Assembly (NCBI GenBank): GCA_964035545.1
Contig: OZ037770.1
Span: 5,652,729 to 5,716,728 of the forward strand
Direction of reading: 5' to 3'
Length of the DNA: 64,000 bases
Source of the DNA: Bugula neritina
Lineage: Eukaryota > Animalia > Bryozoa
The notes under the pieces were generated by a model. It was given only the letters and a program-made list of their open reading frames with translations. It was not told the origin of the DNA and did no database searches. A program made the translations under genes and the position numbers. This document shows positions 1 to 14,556 of this stretch, piece by piece (the first letter of the stretch is position 1; the number at the start of each line of letters is the position of its first letter).

Positions 1-3000
1 AGGTCTACCAAGGCTTCATAAGTGGGGCCTAGATAATTTTGTAGTTCTCTCTCCAGAGGGTCTGCTGTAGCCTGTGCTGAAAGTGAACCTAAAGTTAAAA
101 GTGGAATCGATGGCTCTATGATGTTTGGATCAGACCGGCCTGGTGGCTTGCTAGAGGTTAGAACTGGTCTCCAAGAGCTCAGAGGTGGTAGCACTGTTTG
201 AGCAGGCTGCACACTCATAACTCGTTGATCAAAGGCTAATGGGTTATAGCCATTTGTCACTGTCTGTTGCAGCTGATATGGAGAAGGTTCCGTCTTGACT
301 TGTGATGAAAGATCACTCATGTTACCTTCAAGATTCCTGGAGTTCTTTGAACTCCGAACTTGCTGAAGTCTTCCTTCTGTACTTTCAAGAGATTGCAGCT
401 GTTGATTTGGCAGACCAGGTGATGGTGAAGAGCGTGCCAGATAGAATGGGCTTGACTCCACTAAACTAGCATTTTCTGGTTTCTGTAAGAGGATCACTTA
501 AGTTTACACTTCATACCATCTTATTTATTGAGAATGTTATCTTTTCAGCAATAAAAGTTTCGCAGATGGTAAAATTTAAAACACAGAATAACTCTTTTAG
601 CTGTGATACTTTGCCCAGTCAAGCCAGATATAATTTTATAGAAAATCATTTAAATTCTTTTTGGAATTTTATGAAAATGTGTCTGACAGAAACTATTTTC
701 AAACATGCTTATATAGTTAACAAACTGTGAGATTGTTGAAATCGATTAGAACATATCTATGCTTTAAATGTTCACAGAAAAAGTAATTTTGCCTGTTTTT
801 CCTGTTACACATATTGGTAACGTAATGTTTTTAAATCTGTTTTCTAATGACACCAAAAAATAAAATAGCGTTGCATACATTCAGGGTACTTGACATTTGG
901 TGACTGACTTTTTGGAAGGACTTGAACATGTTGCTGAGTCGAAGAGACGAGCCATCCTTTGGGGTAGGCAGATTTATTATTTTTGCCACATTACCACTCT
1001 TGAACATATTCTACAAGTATCACAAACTTCTTTTAAAAGCACTCATCATAAAATGGAATAATTTTACAAAGTTACAGAAGTTGCTATAATTTTAGTTGAA
1101 GCTTTATACAAATTCAACTTTTTTTTGCACTGCTGCAGAATGTCTTAGCTGCAGGTTAAACATGCAGTAGATAATTTTCAATCGTCTTTAAAATGTTTTG
1201 CTAAACTTATTACTTTAACACAAAATCCTTCAAATCACTAACAATATATTTTAGTGAATACTTGTAATATGGTAATATCCTTAATGCTGGACACTAGAGA
1301 TAGGTTGCAAATAATATTTTTATGCCCTTTAAAAATTGAGTGATTAAATCAAACAACCTCTTTTCAAACTGATGAAACAAATACAGCAATCTAATTGTAA
1401 TAAAATTTCATATTACTTACCCAGTTCCATGAAGACTGATAGCCATGGGTTTGATCTAATGTCTTGACAGCATGTTCAAATACATGGCAGTAGAAATCGT
1501 ACCTTTTGGAGTCATCCCAGCCATTTGCTGCCTGACAGCAGACTCTGTGCAGCACCTCTTTCATAAGCGCTAGATACTAGCAAATATACAAGCAAATTTA
1601 GCACACAGGAAAAATAATTTCCCTCTCCCCTGTAGTGATAAGTTTACCCAGTTGTCCTCGCCATGTAATTGTTATCACACTTGTAATGCAACAGTTTTAT
1701 CTTTCGCACAAAACTCAAACTGAAACAATTATCTGGACAGTAAAGTTTAAGTTACCTGCATCTTTACCAAAAAAAAAACTTGAGTTATACTGACTCAAAA
1801 ACTACCAATAAAAGCTATTGCAAAGACTTTTTTGGAAAGATTTCATCACACAATACTTTTACTAAAGCTACAACACAAATTTCCTGCAACAATGATTACC
1901 ATAAGTTGGCTGAAATAAAGTTGAACTCACAGCACACACTGGAAGAAATGGGTATGACTCTTTACACTCCCTTAGTGCGAGATATTGGGGCTGAACAGTG
2001 CACCAATGTAGAACATAGTTTTTCCCTTGTGAGAAGTCAAGTTCAGTAAAAGTCATCCGATTATCGATACCTGCAACTAAAAACATACATTGTCCTAAAA
2101 TTAGCTGTTTCTGTTAGTCGTTCTCTTCTGAACTAACACAGATATACATTTTTTTAAGTTTCAACGACTGAAGTTCTGTTGATTATATCAACGAAAAAGT
2201 GGTTTTTATTACAAGTCTAATACTTTCTAGTTGAAAAAGTACAATAACACAATATTGCGCTCAGCAAGCATTAAAACAGGATGTAATGTGAATAAATATG
2301 AACAAAATATTCAGCCTTAACTACTTTCTTTTGATAAAACTATAAAATACTTAGCAGCAGAGAGGTTATATTGACTGACTGATTCTCCCAATCCCATTTG
2401 CAATGTCTGTATAGTAGTGTGTCACTTTAGCGATAGAAGAATATTTGTAGAACCTCTTTTTTGAACTCTTTTGAACTACTTTTGCACTGTAAATATGTAG
2501 TTTAAAAACTCACAATTACAATGGCAAACACCAAACACAAGAGCAATTTGTTGAAATTTAAGCACAAAGGGAAAATGAGGAAAGCATTCAGCCATACTTG
2601 CTCTACATCTAAGTGTTTATCCAGATTTAAATACTTTCTTCTATCAACTGCATGTTCTCACATGGATATAATGACTATAAACCTGGGTGTGTAAACCTGT
2701 GATGTCATGACACTGAGCATAGCCTATATTCCTACCTTGCAGAGGCTAGTCGTAGCAGAATATCTGCTGAAGAAGGTTGTGGGACCTGGGAAGGCTCTTC
2801 CTTTGAACTATGACTTGCTTCATTCTACAATATTATTTAACTCAGAGATCTTATATCTGTATCACCTGACACCTAGTATACAATAAACATGCTGAAAACA
2901 CTGTCACTATACCCAGTATGACAAATGCATTCTTTATTAGTCTCTGCTAATAAGCCTACTCGCTGAATAAATTAAAATACTTTTATCATATAGAATGCTA

Positions 3001-3890
3001 CAATTTTCAATAAAATTGTATTAGTATCCATTTAATTTCTCACCAATAAATAAGTAGAAAAGTCTCAATAAAATTATGCAATTCAGTGATCCAGCTATTC
3101 ATTTAGTTAGTTTTAGTAGGACAACTTCCACTTTGATTTGAAAATCAAAGTCCTAACTTCAACTAGATAAAATTTTACTTAGCTGAAATAGAAAAAAACT
3201 ATAAAATATTTGTGCTCATTGACCCCTTGACCTCGTGACTGCCAAGCATTATTATGACATCAGACTATCTTTTCTAAAACTACTCTGACCCCTTTGCTGC
3301 TCAGTCTTTAGTCACCTTTGACCTCTCAATTTCCGTGTAGCACTACTGCTCTTTGTTTTAGAAGAGGAAATAGCTTATGGAACTTTTGCCCTTACTAGAA
3401 TTGGAACCTGGATATCTAGCTTGCAAACTGAGGCTCTAACCATTACATTCTAAGGCTATAACTGGGTGAACTCAACACTAATAACAGTTGGTGTTCAATG
3501 CATTTTCAGCATACTTTTTTAGTACTTTCTTGGAGTCTAACGAAGTTATTACATACTCTGCATTAAAAACATTTAATTAAGAAAAGCAAAAACAATGTAT
3601 TATAATTTTTGTAATCAAAGTTATTCAATTTAAAATTACCTAATAAAAGTTGTAACTTTCAATTATATAAAATACAAATTTATGAATATTAATATCATAG
3701 TGTAAAAGCTTTAGGTTCAAACACAAAATTTGATTTCTCATACATTTCCTAAGTAAGCTACTGTGCTAAACATTGCACAGAGAATATAGAAAAACTACAG
3801 CCACATTGGAAAACCCCTCACTTCGAGTATTATAATTAAGTGTTTTGCTACTTACCATTGTTTCTCTGATATTCTTAGTCACAACCCACC
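1..3890 (-). CDS. Multi-exon gene A, uncharacterised protein (partial; runs off the window start)
   Basis: Phase-consistent GT-AG exons read manually: 3890-3856, 2824-2736, 2406-2351, 2070-1931, 1576-1421, 1010-879, 482-<1. The spliced frame is open: WVVTKNIRETM-NEASH...-HCKWDWEN...-IDNRMTFTELDF...-YLALMKEVLHRVC...VFEHAVKTLDQ..SWNW-NMFKSG...-KPENASLVES... with an S/P/Q-rich tail. Start codon not located. Confidence 0.7.
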
Positions 3891-5633
3891 CTAATTAAAG
3901 TAACCTCTTCTAGTACACCAGCCTAAAATAATTGTTAGCATGACAAATTAAGTTGCAGAAATGCATAAGCCAAATTCAAACTAAAATACTATGTTTAGTA
4001 TGTCTAGTTACTCCAATTCAAGACACTTCTGTCATGATTCAAGCAAATTCAATTTCTAAGCAACTGCTAACTTGTATTGTACTTTTGACAAGAACAAGCA
4101 AGTTTAAGTTAACAAACTTTTCAATCTGTACAATGACTTTAATCTACATTGGCAACTAAAGTAGTTACTTCTTTAGTGGAGACTGGAGAACAAACAGTCT
4201 AATAAATAACTAAAGCATTAACTAATAAGTAACCAAAACTAGAGTTTATTTAAATATTACCTGACATGTTCTTAATACCAACTTACAAATCAAAAATGCT
4301 AACTAGAAGCAGGCACTTAGTTTCTGTAAATATTCTATTTATTCAAACAAGAGCACAAGTAGAAGTCATCCCAGATAGATTCTTTCCATTTAGCCACTAG
4401 GTTAAATTTTCCAGTTAAATGCTATTTATTTACTTTGGTACAATATACATGTTATGAGCAATTTATTTGAATCTTATTGAAATACAGGCAAATTTAAGTA
4501 AATTTAGATCAACTGATTATTATTAAGCACATTAATCAATTAATTTGATCTGATTCAATTATTAATTTTGCATTTTTTAAAGATAATCATCAGTCTTCAG
4601 TGGATGATCTCAGATTGATCCGAGAAATGTGCTCAGACCTAAATAAATGCAACATTTATACAGGTATGATACTATAAAAGGTACATAATAAAGAACATCA
4701 TCTATTTGCAATGAAACTCAACAGTAAAATTTTTGTAAACTTGTTTCACAGAAGTAAAAAATGAACTATATTGGATCTTACTCAAACAGTAATTAGTGAC
4801 ATGTTGCCATACAAAAGATTTCTTTTTCTAAATATGGATGTTTATTAAAAAAAAGTCTTGTAATCACAAATGAAATTGAATTACTGACTAAAAATGCAAA
4901 CAGATGCATGTAATAAACTTATATCAATGCAGCATGTAACACCCTCTACCCTAACAGGACAAAGCTGAGATAAGTGAAGAAAAAAAGGCGAGAAAAATGC
5001 AGGATGTAACAGCAAATAACAAGCCAACACTTTCTTAATTAACGAGTAGAACATAATGAATTACTACAAATAATATATTTTCATATTCTAAACAAAATAT
5101 TAGCCATTTTAGACTAACCTTGACTTATAGGTTGTTATAATAATAAATTAAAAGAAAGTATCACTATAGAAACTAAGGTAATTAAAGATAAGTACATTTC
5201 AAGCTTGGTTTAATCATTTGAAAGAACTAACTTAACAAAATTATTAAACTCGTGATTTTCAATACTTACTAAACTTTTTATAGAATCAAAAATTGTGTAG
5301 ATCAAATTGTCCAGCTGACTTATCTTCATAAGCATTAGAATGACAATCAACTGTTATAATATAAAAAGCCAACTACCAGCCAATCAGCAACTTATCTACA
5401 CTAAAAGCTAGCTTTATTCACAAGCTATAATTATAATAATTAGAGGTGTTGACTAAGAACCTAAACAAAGCCAACCTCCCAGTATCTTTGCTAAGGGTTA
5501 TACAACAAAAGCCTTAAATTTTGGTCTCTACTATAGTTACTCAGTCAAAACATTTCGCAATATTCTTTTTTTAGTTTGCTTGAAAAAATTAAACTTCTAA
5601 GGTAATTTATAAGGGGAAACTGGAGTGCTAGAC

Positions 5634-5700
5634 CAGCGGTGTACAACCTTTTTAGACCTAGGGCCGGAAATAGAATATTTCATAATGAGGGCGGCATTGC
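5634..5700 (+). mobile_element. Possible left end of a hAT-type MITE
   Basis: CAGCGGTGTACAACCTTTT resembles hAT MITE termini. The matching right end was not found. Confidence 0.3.
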
Positions 5701-5954
5701 AAACTTTAGCTTGTGCTGGAAGGGGGAGGGGACACAGCATTAGTACTTTTCAAACATACCTTATTCCAAAACTCTGTGAATCATTACACAATTAAGTCCC
5801 AATAATTACTGCCAGCTCCAATTTATTATTTGTATAAATAAGGCATTTCAAAAGTGACTTTTCACTTTAATTCATCATTCACTATAAATGTATACATGAT
5901 ACTTGCTTATATGTTTATCAATAACAAGGAGCTCATTTAGGCAAAAAAACTTGT

Positions 5955-6030
5955 GCCCACACTGGGACTCGAACCTGAGACTTCTAACTTGCTTACAGGT
6001 GTACTACCGCTACACCAAGAAACTACCAAC
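5955..6030 (-). mobile_element. Decayed tRNA-derived SINE copy
   Basis: Reverse complement contains TGGTGTAGCGG...GGTTCGAGTCC. Similar, more decayed copies at ~3385-3460, ~6580-6655 and ~29760-29840 (all minus), plus a tRNA-like stretch at ~36125-36200 (+). Confidence 0.55.
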
Positions 6031-8017
6031 TACTACAGAATATTAATAAGGTGTTCATCTAGTTTGCAGAGGTTTGCTGACTTAACTTAGTTAGGGTACT
6101 TTTTTGTGAAATTTATAATCTGTTACTAAAATTATAACTACTGTAACTCAAATTGATGTAGACTGAAGACCTGAAAATTTATCCAAAAATCTATTAAACT
6201 AATTAATATTATCCCTTCAGATAAAACAATTGATGTGAATACTTGAAAAAAAGTCGCCTTTACTATTGAAAGGTTTAGGCTTGCACTCCCAAAACATTTT
6301 CTTTTGAGTACTAATAAAATTACCTGACTGATCTACAGGAGAGTGTAGGAAAAAATTGCCTAAATATTTTTTTATGTAAAGACACCAAACAATTGGAGCT
6401 AGGTACCCACTACAATAAGTTATAAAATAAATAGAAATATGCAATATTTATGCTAACTTCGCTTCTCTACAAACTTCTAAATATTACACAATTTCAGGCT
6501 AACATGTAATGTTTTTGTAATTTTAATTACGTTTTCTAAGAGTAAATATATTTATTCAATGTGGGGCTTATAAAAACTCTTTCCCACTCAGAATTAAACC
6601 TCACACATACTGCTTGCAGGCAGGCAAGCTATCATTACACCTGGTAGGCCACAAGCTAAACAAAACGTTACAAGGCTTTTATAAAATTCACACCTTCTCA
6701 GTGGAAGCTCTGCTTCTTAAAATCCACTGACCTGTACTTTAGAACTTAGTATAATATTGCTTACGTTACTTAATTGTATCCTTTTCCACAATCTCCTGAA
6801 ATATTTAGTTTTACCTCACTTCAATGGTTGTGTTTTCACAGTTCTCAAATGATTACTATATACTAAAACATTTCTTTGTTACACATAACATGTAACCCCA
6901 GCTTTTAATAACCGGTTGGGTGTTGCTGCTATTTAAAATTTCAGAAGGCATGAAGAAAGTTGCAAGACAACAATGTAGTTTGGAAATGAAGCTATTAGTA
7001 ACTCCTGAAGTAATTATAACAATTACATCTCATTCAAAGGTCTAAGAAGTTTCCCAGCAGAGTCAACTGGTAGACTGTGCAGCTGTCATAGTTTTGCTTA
7101 CAGAACAAAATATTATTTATAATGAACAGTTGCTTTTTGCACAGCATTCCCAGCACTCTAAACTAACAAAATACATGTAACACCTGCTAAAATTATGATT
7201 GTTAGGTGCCAAGCTTTAAATACTATAATATTCACAAATGCTTGAAATAAATTTAAACAATAGAATGGTAGAAATAACACATTTAGTTGTTGATTCACCA
7301 ACTTATAATACTAACAGTAATAACACATAACAATAGGAAGAGTGCATTTTATAGTAACAAAAGGAATAACTTGAAAGTTAGACCTCCATGTTTGACTGTG
7401 GAAAGTATTCACTGTAGAAATTATGATAGAATTATTAGGTGTGTGATGAATATTATCCTCTTTGACAGGACATTACAAGAGCACATGACCTATATTTTAA
7501 CACAACAGTGTTATTATTAATCATTGAATAGTATTTCCCTTTTCCCTTGTTACACAATACACTCTTCATGCATTTGGTTGGGTTCAATTTTGCTGACTTA
7601 TGTAAATCGATAGTTCGGTTTGCTGGCTTGCCAACATTTTGAGGGCAATTATTTTACGGTGTCTCTGTTAAATTGCTGGTCATTGTACAGTGCAAAAGTC
7701 ATATTACTAATGGGTGATTTCACTTAATTTAGTAAACACTATATATTTCTAGTTTTTGGCTATTTTTCACAGTTTAACAGCTATGTATATATAGTTTCTT
7801 GCACTATTAGGTAACATCAAGTAATTAGGTAAAATAAAAATGCCCCAGTTGTAAAATGATATGATGAAATAAAACAAGCTGACAAATTAACTTAATTTGA
7901 GCCCAACATCTCTTGATGTTCATGTCTTTTAAACCATTCTTAAAATTTCTTTATGCAGATTTATAGCTGAGTCTATGCCACCAACGAAGCGGATGTAGTG
8001 TTGCGTTTACCTAGTGG

Positions 8018-8090
8018 TCCCCGGTGGTGTAATGGTTAGCACACTTGCTTGCAAGCCAGAGGTCTCGGGTTCGATTCCCAGTGGGGGTAA
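8018..8090 (+). mobile_element. tRNA-derived SINE head or tRNA pseudogene
   Basis: A box TGGTGTAATGG and B box GGTTCGATTCC at tRNA spacing. Stems pair poorly, and several decayed relatives occur nearby. Confidence 0.7.
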
Positions 8091-10643
8091 TTGTTTTTCC
8101 CAGGAGAGTGCTACACCACCCCTCCCGCACTCCCCAAGACTGACCAGATTTGTCTTTTCTACTGACCAAGAGTACCTACCAGTTGATATATTTTTACCTA
8201 CACACCACTGGATGCATTTTATTTACACTGTATGAAAGATATTAGGAAAATGGGTAAATTACTTTTTTAAATACTCAATAGAAATCTGGTGATGACTATA
8301 ATAAGATAAAGTTATATAAAGACGTACAATAAGTTAGAGTTTAGCTACAAAATTTAATTACCATTGATTACCTAAACTTGGTTCACAGGTTTATAAAAAC
8401 AAGACAATAAGACAAATATTTTAGCATATTCTTTACTGGTTTGCTTTGCCATATAAGGAGAAAATCTTAATAGTGATCAGCATGCACTAATTTTAAGTGC
8501 ACCTAGAAAATGAATTATACTAAAGCCTCTATCAACATAAATGCTATGATTTCCATAGGTAAACGTTTACCATTCACATATTTATTAAACGGTAAATCTA
8601 GTTTTCATAATGACTTCAAACAGAAGTAGTTGTACACAGAGAAGTTTATATAACATGCTTTTTTCCACCAACATATGAAAGATAGCTACTATATGGAGCA
8701 GTAGCTCAATACAAATAGCCATGCTATTGAAGCCGAGTATTTCTTTTAATTGTTTTTTGTAATATAAGCTCTATATCATAAGAACTGTTGATGAAAAGGC
8801 TTTCTGGAGCTGGTTATAAGGGACTTTTTACTCTTACGTTAAAAAAACAATTAATAATGCCTTTACTATATATAGACTTTCCCAATAGTGTTTACTGGAG
8901 ATTTGTCTTCTGTCTTATATATAGTCTTGTATATAAGCACCCTATAAACACATTTCCTCTTACTTTACCTATAATATAATATGCAGCATATGTATTATAT
9001 TTTACTATGCAGACTACATATTATAATGCTATATTATACCGTTCCAAGTGTTTGGGATCATGTATTTTGCTTTTCTGAAATAGCAAATATATAATATATT
9101 ATAATAGTAATATAAAATAGTGCTATTAATGTTATATACCTACCCATACTCATACCTACCCACTAGGATTGCAGTTGTTCTACGAGAATTGAACAAACAA
9201 ATTTACTAATATGTAGGAGTAGTATAGTTTACGAAATTTGCCCAGTTTGATTGGTTTCAAATTAATACCCAACAATGATTTCTGTAATTTTTACAAAAAG
9301 CAATTCTTTACAATTTATAAAATGAAGCACCTTTGTTTAAAATTTATATCACTATAAAGTAAAAGTGATAAATTCTTATGCTACTTGATTGATACAAAAT
9401 AGGTAATCTTATTAAGTAAAGACTAAAATGTGCAAGTACATTTTAGTCTTTACTTAGGTAAGTTTGTGAAATAAAATAATTTTTTTCATACTTATAAATG
9501 TATAAACTTACTGAAACAACTATTGTAAGTTGCTTTCTCTTGACCAAATAGTTTGCAAAGTAATTATTGGCTGGGTAAAAATTATTACCAATCCTCAAAA
9601 ATGATTGGATAAATTATTGGTAAATGCTATTTCTTAGATCAAGAGACAGCATTTGATTATTAACTAGAAATTCATAGTTGGAGTTGCTCTACCTACAACT
9701 AAGTATGCATATAGAATATTATCGTAGTTGGTGTTATTATCCATCATGAGGCATGATTATTGGTAAGGAGAACTAATTTATTATTTTAACCTTAATATTT
9801 AAATGTTGACAGCTAAGCCTCTACAGGTGAATTTATTGTTAATTTATTTTTATTAACAATTTTATTAAAATATTTGGCCATTGCTCCTATAATTACTATA
9901 ATTATTAAGCAATTTGGAATGCTTTTCTGTCAGTTTCTAGTTTTAGTTTAGACTTCGGGTTGGTCTGACTTTGAAATTTTCACTTTGTGTGCGACTTCTA
10001 GTACTAGTAGTAGTATTGTGTTACAGCTTTCAATTTTTTAACTAATTAGTCCAAACAAAAGTTTTAACTGAACCTATGCCCTATCTGAGTCAACTGTAAA
10101 TATATTATTCATACTGATAATGAAATTTACTACTTCATACTTGGTATTTGAGTTATGGTTATTCATATTGATTAATTTATTTGATTGAATTCAGTTTTAC
10201 ACGGGTGCACTAGTAGCAGTATTGGTATTGGTACTATTACTATATCACTTACTACCTATATGCCTAATACTGTAATAGTAATGCTAATACTTATACTAAT
10301 AGTAATACTAATAATAAAATTAATAATGATACTAATATTAGTAGTATTATGCTAATAGTAATATTATTATTTATTACTATTACTATTACTATTAGTAATA
10401 AAATTGTACAATGTAGTAATACTAATACTAAGAGTTATTGTTTTAGCTTCAGTTTGACTTTGTATAAGTTGTATTACTATTACTAATTTATTACTATGAC
10501 AACTACCACTAGTATTGCTATCACTATTACTATTAGTATCAGTATAATATAGTATTAGTACTACATTTGGTTTCCCTATAATATTAAATTCAATATTCTA
10601 ATACAGATACTCATACTCATAGTCATACTCATAGTCACACCAA

Positions 10644-11300
10644 CGGTGTCCAGTAAAAATGGCACAAGTTAAAAAGACGATGTCATCCCAGATAGACTGT
10701 CATCCCAGAAAAAGGCTTCCCAATTAGACGCTAGGCCAAATTTCCGATTTAGGCGCTTCCCACCTGGACAATTCCCAAATAGACGCTATTTGTTATTTAT
10801 TTATTTCCCATACACGTCTGTGAATAGTGAAATATTATCCAAATAATTTATATTAGCTATTAGAGCTATTAGCTATAGCTATTTAGCAATAAATGCAATA
10901 TTTATATAGGTAAATATTATAGGTATATTACTATATGTAATGGTCCCAAAATAAAAAAATACTGTCTAACTGAGAATATTACAAGTGGGAAGCGTCCAAC
11001 TGGAAAATTTGGCCTAGGGTCTAACTGGGAAGTGTTTATTTGATATGAAACCAAAATGGCACAGGTAATAATGGCACACTTTCAAGATTAGGGCTTTGGG
11101 GTTTGAAATTAGGAGTTTAGGTTTGGGAATGAGAGTTTGTGTTTGGGGTTTGAGGGTTGGGCATTGAGTTTAGGGTTTAAGAAAATTTAAAATCAGTATG
11201 TCGTTTTTTTTCTACTTTTGCATTTGTGCCCTTGTTACCAGTGCCATTCTTACTTGAGCCAACTTTACTGGTGCCATTTCTACCTAAAATTGATACCTAT
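10644..11300. mobile_element. Nested MITEs: outer element with AATGGCACA/TGTGCC subterminal repeats and a GGGTTT-rich core; inner foldback ~10680-11050
   Basis: Inverted pair CTTCCCAATTAGACGCTAGGCCAAATTTCC (~10716) / GGAAAATTTGGCCTAGGGTCTAACTGGGAAG (~11002). The outer repeats resume after 11050. Confidence 0.55.
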
Positions 11301-12856
11301 TATATCAACATAAACCTATTGAGGGGCATTGGATCATCATCACTTCTGCAACTGAAGTTTAGTGGCCTGACCACACACAAAAGACATTTGAAAATTTTTT
11401 TGAGTTATCCTCTGGTTATTGATCAGCTACTTGTTTGCTGGACAAAAAAATAATCAAGAGTTCAAATACATGGGTCTTGCACGAAATAAAAACAGCAAAA
11501 GATTGCCAGACATGGAAACATGGTAGAACTAAACTAATCACTGTTGAGGAAGTTTGTCATTTGTGCTCTTTTGTTCTTGTTTTCGGTGGCTACACCACGC
11601 AAATACAATTTCAATTTTGTATGAATTCTCTTATCTTTGACCGCATGTCTTGTCTTTTCATGTAAATTGTTTCTCACGAGTGTGGCCTTCATTTCTGATC
11701 AGTTATTAATTATAATTACGAAACTATTCTAAAAGTAGAAATCAACATGTTTAATGTTAGTCATACTTGCATTGCGCTGGTTAGTCAATCATAATGGAAA
11801 GTAATAATTAATATAATTTAGATTGAAAGTGTGAAAGTGTTAACATATTTTTTTAACTTTATAACTAGTACTACTAGCACTGCACCGATAGGTGAACTAT
11901 AATTAATATATACAAATGTTTTGCCACAAAAACTATTAGTGTCATTATCTCTAACTCAATTATTTTTTTTCAAGACAACTTGATACTTTCTATATAAAAA
12001 GTATCACTGAGTTAGTTACTTAGCAAGACACATAATGATTGATTAAAAGTTTTAAAAGTTATGGGCAGCTCTGAATAAGGCATGAGTTCATAAAAATTTC
12101 AAACCTAATAATTCACTAAATATACAAACCTTGAGTTAATTTACTTTAAATTAAAAAAGCACAAACCAATAAAATAATAAAGTATTTTGCGACCGGTAAA
12201 CTAACGCCCAACAGTAATTTAAATTTTCAAAATAAAAATAGCTGTATACTTAATTTTAGTTTAGCAATGTTTTGGCAAAGTTTTATAAATTTAAGACAAT
12301 TGGTAATTATTTTAAATAATAGCAGCTAAGATAAAGAAAATAATTTAAATTGTTATGAGCTGAAGTACATTTCAGCATAAGTTGTAACTTATAATTATTG
12401 CTTACATAGCGTAACTATATAACTAGCCGCCACAATAGCTGATCTCTGTCTTTGTCACAAATGGTTTCATTTGATTTAACCGAAGGAACCATTTCCATCT
12501 TTCAAATATTGCGAAGGAAATTTTTCATTGAAGGACTGAATTTTTGGCTACGGTTCTGTTTTGATGCAACTAGTTCTATGGAGTGAATGAAAAAATCCAG
12601 TCGCCTAATGCGATGATAGAAACCTAGTGTTTGTTTAGTTGGCCCAAGTATGTTTAATATGCTGTAATTGTAGACCAAATACTAATAGGACAATAATAAC
12701 TTCCCTCAATAAGAGCATAGCATAACCATTTTTATGATTCATTTTTAATTTGTGTGGTTCCCAAATCACCAAGTCTTGTTATTTTTATATCATTGTGTGT
12801 TTAGCAACTTATATGCTTGCAAAAGTTCAAGTTTTTAAATAGAGCATAGGCAAACA

Positions 12857-13015
12857 CTACGTTTCCATCATCACATTATGCGAATAGAGTTAGTTATCCG
12901 GCTAATGGAAATAATTACATCCAATGAAACCCAACTATAAGTTAATGTAAACCACATACACCAATTAATACGTACAGCATTCATTCGCATAATGCGCAGT
13001 CATGGAAACGCAATG
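12857..13015. repeat. Small inverted-repeat element
   Basis: CGTTTCCAT..CATTATGCGAAT / ATTCGCATAATG..ATGGAAACG. Confidence 0.5.
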
Positions 13016-13326
13016 TAAGTGCTGACCTTGTTTTACGCATAAAGTTTATAACTGAGATTTCTAAATTTTTATTCCAAGATTTACAGGGCTCCCTTCTGAA
13101 GGAAACTTGAACTAAAAGGTAGATTCTTATAACTGACTTGTAAGAGTTGGTTATTATAATTGCAGTGGATCAATAGAGTTACCGTTGGCAGAAGATGGAT
13201 TCAATCAGTTTTTATTACCCCACCTCTCTGGAGCTACTCACAGCTCATGCATACAACAGGTTCTTTCATAATTATTTACTCACTATGAAACGGAGGCAAA
13301 TGGTGAAAATTGCCTTCTATCTGTGC

Positions 13327-14429
13327 AGGGTTGAGGTCAATTACATGTGAATGTAATTAGTTACAATTACATGCAAATTTGTCAATTATAATTAAAATTA
13401 AAAAGTAATGTGATTAATTACAGCTACAGTTACATGCTAATGTAATTAATTACATTTATAGTTAATTTTGTTCTCACAAGGGACAAATAAAAGTTAGACA
13501 ATAGTAGTTGGACAGCAGCAGGGTTGAGGTAATTTCAATTGGTTGTAATTAATTACATTTTTTCAAGTAACTGAATGCAATTTGTAATTGATGTATGAAA
13601 TTTAATTGTAATTAATTACATTGCTAATGTAAATAAATTTTACAATTGTTTTATAATTACATAACAATTACTTCAAATTTTTTAAATCTTATGAAATTCA
13701 TGTTTTTTCTGCCTTACCTACTGTTTAATAAGAAATTCATATTAGTTTAATGTCGTATTTATCACCCTTTTTCTTACTGTTGAGAACAAAGAAGGTTTTC
13801 AGTTGTCAAAATTGCCTTTTGTAGTTGAACCCAAAAAGTAAGATTACATAACTTTTATTGTCTCTTGTGAAAACAAAAGTAATTGTAATTGTGTTAAATT
13901 ACATTATCATGTAATGGTAATTGTAATTAGTTACATCAAGTTTAACTTTAATTGCAGTTCTAATGGTAATTGACAAATTGTCATGTAATTGTAATTAATT
14001 ACATTCATATTTAATTTACCCCAACCCTAGAGAGTGAAAGTGAGCATGTAATTATTAGATAGATAACAATTTAAATTTTTAAATCTTAGCAAAGTCATGC
14101 TTTTCCTATCATGCCTACTAGTTAATAAAAAGTTCAGATTAATTAAAAGTAGTATCGTATCACCCTAGAATTAATTACTGTTGAGAGCAAAGGAGATTCA
14201 CAGTTGTTAAAATTGCCCCAGATAGTTGAACCCCAGAAGTGAGATTATATAACTTCTATTTGTCTATTGTAAGAACAAAGTAATTGTAATTATAAAATTC
14301 CTTACATTGCTATGTAGTTGTAGTTATTTACATTAATTTTAACTGCAATTATAATTGTAACTGATAGGTTTTCATGTAATTGTATTTATAATTAAAATTA
14401 CATTGGCGTGTAATTGACCCCAATGCTGT
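13327..14429. mobile_element. Cluster of three copies of a TAATTAC-rich MITE (AGGGTTG..CAACCCT ends)
   Basis: Full copy ~13519-14029, an inverted partial copy 13327-13500, and a direct partial copy ~14070-14429. Confidence 0.7.
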
Positions 14430-14556
14430 ATCTTGTATAAGGGTTTTGGGTCAGTAATCTCAAACTAGAAGTAGTGTTTTGTCATGACTAGAGAGATGAG
14501 CTCAGACAATATTAAATTTAGCAAATTTTAGCAAATTCTTTTATTGGATGTTTTAG

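Noticed and set aside
8018-8090. Functional tRNA gene
   Set aside because: Acceptor, anticodon and T stems pair poorly, and multiple decayed dispersed copies point to a SINE.
11089-11180. Interstitial telomere
   Set aside because: The degenerate GGGTTT tract is internal to a MITE-like element and is not a regular TTAGGG array.
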